A DNA stretch of 62,722 bases, counting the filler, from Sphacelaria rigidula (Eukaryota): NCBI GenBank assembly GCA_964200075.2. It is 7 parts of 7 records of this genome, joined end to end, with 100 filler letters (N's around TTAATTAATTAA, not from the genome) between each part and the next. Parts side by side here need not be neighbours in the genome. Positions count along the whole stretch, not along the records: positions 8,976 to 17,850 come from CAXNAA020009868.1; positions 17,951 to 26,825 come from CAXNAA020009869.1; 5 more parts are not named here. One strand, written 5' to 3'. Below the pieces are notes generated by a model, which worked only from the letters and a program-made list of their open reading frames with translations, did not search any database and was not told the origin of the DNA. Positions 13,002 to 23,960 of the stretch are shown here, piece by piece. Every line of letters begins with the position of its first letter. The first letter of the stretch is position 1. The position numbers and the translations under genes were made by a program.

Positions 13002-13590
13002 CATCTATTTGATTGACCGGCCGAATGCACAAAGGGACGGAGGTAAGTTTTTTTTTTTATTATTCTGGTGAAACAAAAAGGGTTGACGACGGACATGTCG
13101 TGAATCTTCAAGTGACGTCGGCGGGTGTCACGGCCCCCTTATGGAAGTGTTCATGGAACCTATCACGATGCTGTTATGGTACGATCACCAGCTGCCGCGA
13201 TGATACCATGATAATGCCTGTTTTTTCCCACGATAATCCTATAACCGCGATGGTACCGTCGTGATGTCGTGATGTCGTGATGTCGTGAGAGAAACCATCA
13301 CGACCAGCAATGCCAGGGTCCATTATCCAGGTCATGTGCACCAATCGCCTGTCGTCGCACCGGGTGAAGAAAACTGAGTCTCGACCCCACGCCAGTTTCG
13401 TGGATGTTAACTGCAAGCTATCGTACCTGCGGTGTGAAGTATTCTCGAAATTACCCACTACAGCCGGGTAGCGGTCAACAGTACTAGAGAACGAGTCCAA
13501 ACACTCTGTGGATAGCCCCTCGCCTCCCCGAAGGAACCGATAGAAAATATTCTTTTTTTTTCATCATTTCAACGTAGCATAATCATACAT

Positions 13591-13915
13591 CAGCAGCCAC
13601 GCCCCGGTGGTCAAAGGGTGCCACTAACACCATTGGGGCGGAAAAGAACGCGAACTCGATTCCCGCAAGATGCCTTTGGAATGTTCGCCTCACAGTACGT
13701 GGTGGTGGTCGTCTGAGAGCGTGAGGGCGTGAGAAGCAGAACGAACGAGATGGTTTGACGAGAGTCGACGCGGTGCGGGAGTGCTGACCGAATCCGCGAT
13801 TACATCCAAATACGTGACGTGTACGGGGGGTAGATAAGGGTTGGTCCTTGAGATCACGGACCCGCCCCGGGGACAGAGACTGAGGGGGGTTAATAAAGTA
13901 TGACGGAAAAAAAGT
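13591..13915 (+). mobile_element. Probable tRNA-derived SINE
   Basis: Head has a degenerate D-arm/A-box (gccccggtggtcaaaggg) and T-arm/B-box (gcgaactcgattcccgc, cf. GGTTCGATTCCC), then a non-tRNA body and an A-rich end. The 3' limit is approximate. Confidence 0.5.
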
Positions 13916-14354
13916 AAATGGTGAAATGCTTGATCTGAATGAGAAACGTGTGCGTGCGTGTGTTCACTTAGCTTACTTGCTCTTCCCCAATCTTCTACTC
14001 CTCATCAAGGTTTTAGTAAGAGCTACTATTTCAATCACTGTTACTGGTGAATTGATTGGTTGTTGTACATGACCTGATCCGCTACGTATCCAGCAAGCCG
14101 TGGTCACACAACAGATCTGTATATATATATATATATATATAGATATATACCCAAGGTAAAAAACTCCGGGAACACGCGGTGAAGGAAAGTAGAACTATTC
14201 ATACTGTATCTCTATCATCATATAATCGCCCATCATCACTATGTCTAGTTCTTATCTTGACTTCTGAAAATAAAAGTAAAAACAAAGGTACAGGGAAAAA
14301 TTGTTTGGTTTTCCTTCCGTGCTACTAAAACAAATACAAGGACAACCTCCGCAG

Positions 14355-14624
14355 TATGTATCGAAGTATGCGCTCCCAGAGTTGAAAGCGTATCACTCTA
14401 TGTCAACCCTAGACGCCGAAACACGACCTGAAATATGGAACACACAGGATGAGCTCCTGAAGAGTCGCAAATGGTCAGCAAGGAGAAAGGACGCCCAAGA
14501 TAAGTTTCGCCGCGTGTGGGAAGCCAGGGGCGATGAGTACGCCCGCAGCCAAAGAGGTTTTGAAGAGGCCAAAGCGGCCCGAAATGAGAGGATGCGAGAA
14601 CGGCGGGAAATGGAGGCAGAGCAG
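14355..14624 (+). CDS. Exon of the same uncharacterised protein (charged, coiled-coil-like)
   Basis: Acceptor ctccgcag, phase 0; encodes YVSKYALPELKAYHSMSTLDAETRPEIWNTQDELLKSRKWSARRKDAQDKFRRVWEARGDEYARSQRGFEEAKAARNERMRERREMEAEQ; donor GTAAAA. Confidence 0.75.
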
Positions 14625-14865
14625 GTAAAACAACAGAAAAAATAGAAAATGGTTTATCATGATGGTGTCGGACGAGAAATGAATGAGGATATTGATCATG
14701 CTGCTGCTGCTGTATCCGGAACAGTTTTGGATTATGTTTGTAAGATGCATGGGGCGCAAAAACCAACTACTGGCTCTTGGCACAACTATTGAAAAGCAAT
14801 GTGAAGTTGAAAGTGACGGCTACACTTGATCGTTTTGTGCCCCTCCCCCACCCCTCCCCCCCCTC

Positions 14866-16125
14866 GATCTTGGGATGCACACATAAATAAAGTAATAGAA
14901 AAGGGTAAGGCATAGATAAGCAGGATGAGCGTGATCCTCAGAGACTCGCACCTAGATTCGTACTAGAATTACGAGATGTATCCTGCTGAACGTGATTGTA
15001 CCAAAGCTTTGGAATTTGCAGGAGAAGTATGGGAGATAAACTTGAAGTTGGCGAAGAAGTTGACAACAGTACAGATGGCAGCAGCTGAGGAAATACTTGG
15101 AGCGCTCGAAAACGACGAGTACCACAACATTGAGAGCAGAGTTGGGAATATACTCACTTGAAACAAACAGAGACATGAGAAAATTGAGGGGATAATATAG
15201 CGTAAAGAAGATAAAAAGAAAGAGATTGCCCGCCATAGTTGATGGGGCTGTATGAAAGAAATTGACGAAAGGGAAGGCTGGAATAAGGTGAGATAAAGAA
15301 ATCGAGAATGTACTGGAGGAGATAGGAGGAAACCAAGACGAAATGCTGTCCATATGTGAAGGCGCGGGGTACAAGACAAAGTGAGAGACATGATAGAAAT
15401 GAGGGGAAAAGGAGCGCTCAGACGCAAAGTAGACGAGGAAGAACACCCGGAGATATACGGGGGGTTGAGAGAGGGGGTAGGGAAAACATGTCTGCATAGC
15501 CCAATGGACGCTGCGAGACACTTGAGAATGAGATTTCGGGTGGAGGACCTGGACCTGCCAGAAAGAAGAAAAATGTTTACAAATAGTCAAGATGAACAGG
15601 AAGTAGATGGACAGAAGTGCCCTATGACAGAGCAATGGAGAGCAGAAGTTATACAGTGGCAGAATGTGAACTATACAAGGAGGAGCGGGACGTGCTAGAG
15701 GGGGAAATGCGGGACGTGAACGAAGATGGCATGGAATCGGTTGATGCATTAGACAGTAGGGATATCGATGGTTATACTAGGAGATAGATGGTAGCCTCAA
15801 ACGGTGAAACAGGAAGGGGATAAGATATGTAAAATGTTTGTGTGCAGTGTATGGAAGGAACGTTATGAGCACCCAAGCGTTGTAGGTGTCTCTACTTGGA
15901 GTAGGAACGGTGCTCCGTCTCGAAAGGGACGCGTGGTCACTGATCAAACGACTGAGGCAAGCAGCAAATGAGTGCGCCCGCCCGCCCGCCCCCCCGTTCA
16001 ATGGTCGAACGACTAAGGCAAGCATCAAATGAGTACTCTCCCCCCCCCTGCTCCGTCTCGAAAGGGATGCGTGGTTAATGGTCGAACGACTAAGGCAAGG
16101 AACAAATGAGTACGCCCCCCCCCGC
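14866..16125 (+). mobile_element. 5'-truncated LINE (C-terminal ORF2 remnant) followed by two extra 3'-end fragments
   Basis: Aligns to 19847-20960 (SWDAxIxKVxEKGK..., RFRVxDLDLPERRKxFT, NGAxSRKGxVV). Three successive termini ATGAGT(A/G)C+C-tract at ~15969, ~16029 and ~16106. Preceded by a C-tract at 14840-14864. Confidence 0.88.
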
Positions 16126-17424
16126 CGTCGAACACGAATTTTACGTAAAAAACATATGTATGTCGAAGATTCACACATTTTGTTTGTTTGCATCATAGTG
16201 CATGTTAGCCTTCACCATGTGTAGAGTGAAGTTTAGGGGGCCAATGCGCCAAAGTAATACCCTCACGTGGAAACCAGATGCAGACGGACGTACGGCAATT
16301 GCGGCATGGAGCTGTGTTGATTAATTACTGCCCAATGCGCTCAAGCAAGAACGCACGTACGCAACACGGTGCAACCGAGGATGATACCTTCTCCGGGTTT
16401 TCGAGTAAGGTGGACATGTTACTATTGGTCCGACATAAATCACTCCAAGGTTTCTGTCACGAGTCAATCGATCCATATTCAGCATTCTGAGATCACCAGC
16501 CTCCGGGAGTCCGTTTGTTATTTTTCTCGCCTGTGTTGTTTTTTGGGGGGGGTGTGCCTCTATTTCACGACGGGTAGACAGTTCTGGCAACCGTCCTTTC
16601 TCTTCTCAGGACCACGAGCATTTCAGGTGCGGCGTGATCGTGAAAGGAGGAGGACGACCTGTCCAAAGCTGTTTACTTCATTTTCGTGCTCACTGGAGAA
16701 ATAGCACATGGACGATGGCATCGGTAGTACACTAAAAGGAAGTGATGTTCCAACGCAACACAACGATCAGGACGTAGGCATCCTTCGCAGGCGTACCCCA
16801 TTGCGATGACATGCATGCTGGGGTACAGCTGGACGGTAAGAAGCTATCAGAGGGGTTTCACGTCTACCAGGCACTCAGACAAGAACACCTGCTGCCCTCT
16901 CCACCGGTCAAAATCTTCGGTGCAGCAGCACGTTATCTCCGACGGCGTTTGTTTAGTGACAGACTCAGCCATCGTTCCTACACGCATGCAATTAGTGAAC
17001 TAGATACTTGATTTCCCGAGATCTTCTCAAGCTTCTCGTGTTTGCCCCCACCAGATAGGCTCTCGCTTTCGTCAGAGAAGCCGTTCTGGGCCATGTAGGG
17101 CCCATAAAGCACTACCTCTATCACAGACATGCTGTAAAACTCTACACTACCCCCTCAATCTGTCCCGCCACACACCGCAACCGACACTCGTCGATGCTTT
17201 GGATTTGTAATGTAAGATGGCAGCTCGGGCTCGACGACGGGCCGCGCGAGCGAATTCGGCGATGCGACAGGCCGAAACAACACGGGGGAGCAGGGAGTCA
17301 AGGGCCAGAGACGCCGAAGCGGCACACCAGCGTCGCATGCGGGAGATCGCAGAGAGGAGGGGAAAAGGTGTGTAAACGTTCTGCACAGTAGGGTAAGGTG
17401 CAGTGTTGAAACCCATGGGGGGGG

Positions 17425-17753
17425 TGTACCTATGATCATGCATGCCGTAGTCAGAAGACCATCGACCTGACATCCCTACACAGCCCGGACGGACCATGCC
17501 GGGGTTTCGCCGGACCAGTCTCGCACTCAATCACCAAGCGCGAAGCGCCGTGGTGTGTCCGGCGAGTCGCATGATGGGGTGAGCTGCATCCTGCTAAGAT
17601 TGTTCGGCCCGAAGCCTACTGATTATGTTGCATTCGGATGACAGTCTCCAACGAGTTGGTTCATTTTCTGGTATCGCCACCTCCAGAGACAGCCACGGCT
17701 TCTACGCTGCCTCATGGGTGTCTCACCATTTAAACTGAAAAACCAGCTCATGA
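17425..17753 (-). mobile_element. Probable non-LTR 3' fragment (second family) bounded by G-tracts
   Basis: 17425-17490 is similar to 7741-7806. G-tracts at 17417-17424 and 17754-17772. Extent beyond the shared part is inferred. Confidence 0.5.
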
Positions 17754-17850
17754 GGGGGGGGGGGGGGGGGGGCCACCATGCCAGGACAACCCCAGGGATT
17801 TGGCCATGGGTGCTCTCCCTCCTTTCACGTTGTTGTATGAGTCCACAACA

Positions 17851-17950
17851 NNNNNNNNNNNNNNNNNNNNNNNNNNNNNNNNNNNNNNNNNNNNTTAATT
17901 AATTAANNNNNNNNNNNNNNNNNNNNNNNNNNNNNNNNNNNNNNNNNNNN
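17851..17950. other. Artificial contig linker
   Basis: 44N-TTAATTAATTAA-44N. Confidence 0.98.
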
Positions 17951-19846
17951 CCCCGACCCTCCTGACACAGCCGTTGAACGCGACCGGTGGACCGCCACCG
18001 CCAGCCCGCCGCCAGCATCACGCGCGCATGACGCTGCTGCTGCCACTTCCGCTGCCGCCACCCCCCCTGGCCCACTCATCACCACTTTGTGTCGCCCTCT
18101 CGTAGTTCATCCGTTCGCCCTCGTTACTCATGCGCCTTGATATTTCCCACAGTGTCAGTGTCATTGTATGCAAGCACCAACAGCTCGGTTCCGGCGTCGA
18201 TCCATTCAGTACGCACCTTGACCGTGTGGTACCTTTCAACTGTTGGATATCTGCCCTCTGTAACGGTCTGAGGAGGTTCGTGGGGCGCCTCCGCGGCGTA
18301 GTCGATGGCATGATCCTACGCTACGAAGTATGGGTGTAGCTGTTCTGCATCGGGACAGGCAGATCTTATCTACTGCGTGGCGAGACTTTTTCTTTGAGTA
18401 CCCTAAACCTAAGCATGCAACAGGGCGATGCCGATTCAAACGGGCAAAGGGGCAGCACGAGGGGAAGGTGGACGCACGTCAGGGGAAAATGCACCAGTCT
18501 CGCTGTTTGGAATACTCACAGTGAATACATGCGAAAAAGTCTACGATCCGTGAACCAACTACTTAAATATTTCAGCAGCGACAAACAGAGGCAGGTTGTC
18601 TGCTGCTGAGGGGGCGGGGTTGGTGTGGTCTTTTCTCAGCGTTGTTGCCACCGGAGCACAGGTCGATAGTACATTTCCCTCTCCCCGTCATTGGGGTTCA
18701 GAATGCTGGGGACGGCCGTTCCGAGCTTGAGAAATCCCGCCTCCTTCTCCTGGAAACATATTGGCCCCCACAACCCCTCGCAAAGCTGTCAGCAGCTCCT
18801 GAGCGTAAATAGCATTATTTTTCATTTTGGACTTCAAGGCCACGACCCTGTCTTGATTCTTCGTTGGTTTGGTCGTTATGTCCTTCGGCGGAATCGTTTG
18901 TACCCTTGGCTTGATTTGTCGTTTTTGGTCCTGTCACCCAACACAGAACACGCGACATTATCGCCCAGATTCTCCCGCGACACGTCGGAGCACGACAGAA
19001 CGGTCACTGCCTGCGAACCGCTGACCACTCACCCGTCCAGCGCATGTACGACCTCTTTTCCGGCCGGCGTGAAGGCACCCAGACGTTGCACCCCACAAGC
19101 GAGCCTTGGGGATACGCCACATGTACCGATAGCGAATGTCCCGGAGGATGGGTGGTTGGGGGGTTGAACATCAATAATTTTGATCCAGTCTGTCTTTTTA
19201 TCATTCGGTTACCATGCTGCACTGTCCAGCGGTAGCGGAGTTCTGTTTTTCGCCATCATACCTCGTGCCCGTGGCACGCGATCCTGATACTGTAGTACCG
19301 TTCAACGCCACGACCCGATATCCATATCCGTGTCACCTCCGTTCATCTGGCTTCACGTAGAAGGTCATTTGAACCCGAGTGCAAGAGGCTCTCAACATGT
19401 GCTCCCTCTGCCAATAGGGGTGCCAGCGGCAATGTGTACCTTCGTTCACAGAGAACGCAACCCACACGATTATACATGACCCATGACGGCCGTATACGTA
19501 CCACTACTATTATACACGGCGCTCTCCTCTTGCCAACCTTCAGCTAACGCAATTCACCTGTCGGGTGGATGGATTTCAGCGAATCCTTTTGCAATGAATT
19601 TGTTTTTACCTCTAGATGGCGCAGCAAGTCTGCAGGTCTCTGCCGATGGTGTCACGAGAGCGCGATGCTCGTCCAGAACACCAGAGGCCAGGTTTCAAGG
19701 GGGAGGAGGGGAGGGGGGGGGGGGGGGGGGGGGGTTTTTTTTTTTTTTTGCTTTTGTTGTTTTGAACTCGCCCCCCGTTCCCTATGGNNNNNNNNNNCAT
19801 ACTGGTGCCCAGCACCGTTGCGGTGTGGCCTGGCTCTGACCTTCTC

Positions 19847-22800
19847 GTACTCATTTGTTGCTTGCCTTAGTTGTTTGAACATTGACCACGCATCCCTTTC
19901 GAGACGAAGCACCGTTCCTATTCCTATTAGAGATACCTCCAACATCCAGGAGCTCATTACGTTTCTTCCATACATTACACGAAAACATTTTACATATCTT
20001 GTACCCGTCCTGTTTCGTCGTCTGTGGCCAACATCTATCTCCTAGTATAGCCATCGTTTTCTCCCTACTGTCTAATGCATTCAATGATTTCATGCCACCG
20101 TCGTTCACGTCTCGCATTTTCCTCTCTAGCACTTCCCGTTCCTCCTTGTACAGTTCACATTCTACCACTTTATGACTTCTGCTCTCTATTGCTTTGCCAC
20201 AGGGGCTGTTCTGTGCATCTCCTTTCTCTTCCTTCCGACGACTGGTAAATCTCTTTCTTCTTTCTGGCAGGTCCAAGTCCCCCACCCGAAATCGCAGGTT
20301 CAGATTTGTCGCAGCGTCTATTGGGCCATGCAGATATTCTTTCATCCCGATCCCCTCTCTCAACCTCCCGTATATCTTCAGGTGCTCTTCCTCGTCTACT
20401 TTACGTCTGAGCACTCATTTTCCCCTTATTTCTATCATGTCTCTTAATGTTGTCTTGTACCCCGTGCCTTCATCTATGGACGGTATTTCGTCTTGGTTTC
20501 CGCCTATCGCCTTCCACACTTTCTCGACTTCTTTATCCTACCTTACTCCAGCCTTCCTCTTCGTACTTTTCTTCCATACAGCCCTATCAACTACGGCTGG
20601 CAATCTTTTTCTCTGCATGTTCTTTGCACTGCATTGATATCGCAATTTTCTCATGTCTCTGTTTGTTTCAAGTGAGTACATTCCCAACTCTGCTCCCAAT
20701 GCTGTATTACTCGTCGTTTTCGAGCACCCCAGTATATTCTTAGCTGCTACTATCTGTACTGTTTCCAACTTCTTCACCAACTCCACGTTCCCCTCCCATA
20801 CTTCTCCTGCATCTTCCAGCTTTGGTACGATCACGCTTATCAGGATATGTCTCTTAATCCTAGTGTCTAGATGCGATTCTCTGAGGATCACATGCATCCT
20901 GCCTATCTGTGTCTTACCCTTTTCAGTTACTTTGTCTATGCGTGCATCCCAAGAGCAGTTTTTCGATATATCTACGCCGAAGTACGTATACTGGTCTACG
21001 ATGGGCACTTCCTCTTCTCCGCAGTTCCATCTGAACTCTATCGGACTTCCCTCACCTTTGTTGCAGATGATTACCGCGCATTTGTTGACGTTCGCTGTCA
21101 CTCTCCATTTCCTAGTGTATTATAGCGCCTTGTCTATCTGTTTCTGTAATCCTTCTGATGTTCCTGATATCCCCGCAAAATCATCAGCGAACATCAATCC
21201 TGATACCATATCTTCGCCCACCTTGACCCCTTGCTTTGCTGCTTCTATTCCTATCACCAAGTCATTTATAAATACCTTGAAAAAAGTGGGTGATAACGTA
21301 CATCCTTGCGCGATTCCTTGTAAGATATAAAAATATTTCGATATTCCCCCGTCTAATATCATAGCACTTTTTGCACATCCTGTCATCTTCACCATTCTCC
21401 ACATCTCTGATCCCAGCTTCCCACAACCCGTGTCTCCATAATGTGTCATGAGTGTTTTGCACGTCCAGAAAGAAGCAGTACGTTGTCAGCCCGGTGCCTT
21501 TCCTAACCTGAATAATCTTACCTAGTGTGAACACATGGTCTACGCAACTGCGGTTTGGTCTAAATCCTACTTGTCCCTCGATGATTTTGTCTTCCTGTTC
21601 TAGCATCGTTCCAGCTCTATCGTTTCGAATATTACAAAACGTTTTCCCTACCGCCCTTAGTAGCGCTGTCCCTCTACAATTTCCTGGGTCAGCCTTGTCT
21701 CCTTTTTTTGGAAAGGTTGACGACTACTCCTTCCCTCCACCTCTTAGGGAGTGCACTCGTTTTCCCAGATCCAGTTATACAGCATAACCATCATAGTAAT
21801 CATTGCCTCTTCCCCGTACTTTAGAGGTTCATTCACTATTTCTTATGCCCCTGCTGCCTTTCTGTTCTTGAGTTTAGCTATGCACTCCTTTACTTTCGAG
21901 CCACTACCCTCCCATTCTGATGCCTCTACATTTGCTTCTACTCCCTCGTTGATTTCTTGTTCGAATTCTATGTCGAACTCCGTGTTTATTTTTGACGTTC
22001 CTAGTTTATGGTAGTGCTCGACTAGCGCTTCTCTCTTCCCTTTGGAACTGCTGACCATTTCACCGTTCTGTGCCCAGAGTGTCGCTATCCCGTTGTCTAT
22101 CTTTCCTGCCTGGTTTCCCATGATCCCTTTTATCCCTACCCACATTTGTTATATCCCACCGTCGAAATCTCCATTTGTTTTATTCACTACATCTTCCCAT
22201 ACTCCCTTCTTTTTTCTGCTGTACCATATTTTTTTCTTTCTTTCGAGCTTTAGTATACTCCTTCCATCCTACCGTAGTTTTGCTCGACATCCATCCCGCG
22301 TGGGCCTCTCTCCTCACTCTTATAGCCTCTTTTACTTTCTCATCCCACCATTTTACTGCTCTGTTGCATACGATCGGTTTCTTCCCTGTGACTTTGCTCG
22401 CTCTGCTCTTGACCAACTCCTGCCCGATTTTTTTCCATTTCGATATCAACTGCGCCTGCGCGTTCTAACCGCTCGGAAAATTTCACTGCGTTGCTTGGGT
22501 CATTTCCTCTTGGAATCCTTGCTGATTTTCTTCCATATCTAGTTTTTCGATTCTCCATTTGTCAACTTCCTACCCCGCCTATGTCTTTTAGCTCTTGTCT
22601 GGTGGCTTTCTGTCCATATTAGGCAATGATCTGTGGTTCCCACGTCCCCTACACATGCATTTACTTCAATTTCTTTACTATTCCCATTTCTTTACTATGC
22701 CCATGCTCTACCACTATACCGTCAAGGCCGGAAAGTTCTATTTCGTTTTGCATTTTCTTGTCCATGTCCATTGCGCCTCTGGCCTTTGTGCTCAACCGTT

Positions 22801-23960
22801 CAGCATCTTCCTCTCGTTATGCTCGAACAATTTTAGCACTTCTACCCCATTCGTGTTCTTCTTACCTTCCGCGTATTGCCCAATGATATCATCCGGTTGA
22901 CCTGCTCTTTCTACTCTTGCATGATAATCTCCCACTAGCACTACTTCTCCTTGCCTTTTATACCTGTGTACATCAGCTGCTATGTCTCCAAACCTCTGTT
23001 GTATAGTGTCGACCCTACTCTTCGATTCTGGGGGCATGTAGATGTTACCTACGACAAAGTCCTTCGTTCCCCGCTCTCCTGGTACCCTTAGCCATATACT
23101 CTCGTCGAATTTCGTGTCGTCGATCACTTCTATGCTGTCACACAGGTATTCCTTGACTAAGAATCCCACCCCCTCCCCACTTTCCTGCTCTTGAACTTCT
23201 GTCCCTTCCGGTTTTTTTTCATCCATGCGTACTCTTCAACTTTGCATCCTATTTCCGCCCCCTCTTCCTCCCATGATTCTTGCGTCCATACTATACCTAG
23301 GTCGTGCTTACTCACTCGTTGCGCTATTTTTTTTGTTTTTTTGCGCTTGTCTGTGACGAACCCACATACGTTCCACGATCCCAGTCTCAACTTCTTTTTC
23401 GAATCGCTCCACTCTTTTATCTAATATTCTCTCTCTGTCGCTTTCACTTTTACTTTCCCTCGCTTGGTTGTTCTTGCCGTTTCTGCGTTGGTCTTTGTAT
23501 ATTTGCTTCGGGCCGCTATGTCCCCTCCCCTTCCCCTTCCGGGCACTTACCTGTTCCTGCCTCTCTCCCCCTTCGTTTACCCGTGGACTACGTCCTAGGT
23601 TTGTTGTTCCATTAGCTGTGCATACTCTCTACCCTACTCTTCTAACCCATGCCGACACCTTACTTGTCTCCATCCTTTCTCACTTCTTGCTTGCGCTCTG
23701 TTTTAGCATCACTCGGAAGTGTTCTGCCTCCCTTTCTACTTTCCTCTTGCCGAACAGTATGGTCCAACTCCATTGCATTTCATTTTAAGCTATATTCTTG
23801 TCATATCGCTACGAACTCCGAATACCAGCACTACTAGTATTTTACCTGTCCACTCTTTACTTTTCCATCCGCCCTTCCTTACCATTTCTCTCTCGATCTC
23901 TCAGGAGAGAATCTCCAGCTTGTTCGTTTCAACTGTATCGGTGGGATGTAGTCAGCGTAC
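19847..23960 (-). mobile_element. Decayed, near full-length LINE (APE endonuclease + reverse transcriptase)
   Basis: APE motifs LRLGSWNVCG...TQESW, GVGFLV, VGNIYMPP, VLVGDYHARV (23390-22800). RT motifs QVGFRPNRSCVDH, CFFLDV, QGIAQGCTLSPTFFKVFINDL, LMFADD, YTYFGV (21600-20960). Multiple frameshifts and stops; 5' limit approximate. Confidence 0.93.
19851..23390 (-). pseudogene. LINE ORF2 (endonuclease-reverse transcriptase), fragmented
   Basis: Collinear ORF pieces 23157-23390, 22792-23226, 22180-22449, 21843-22145, 21262-21606, 21120-21449, 20538-21101 and 19851-20414. Confidence 0.9.

Noticed and set aside
13592-13672. Functional tRNA gene
   Set aside because: The B-box and stems are degenerate, no convincing cloverleaf forms, and the sequence runs on into a long body; better explained as a SINE head.
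14952-15749. 265-aa Phe/Ser/Leu-rich 'membrane protein' ORF (and similar ORFs at 20194-21330 and 22042-23788)
   Set aside because: Antisense shadows of purine-rich LINE ORF2 sequence.
16627-16704. Possible terminal exon of the contig-2 gene (VRRDRERRRTTCPKLFTSFSCSLEK*)
   Set aside because: Phase-compatible, but there are competing acceptors and no independent support; not reported as a feature.
17951-19500. Possible gag/LTR-retroelement remnant at the start of contig 3
   Set aside because: One minus frame is vaguely protein-like but has stops, and no zinc knuckle, protease, PBS or LTR pair was found.
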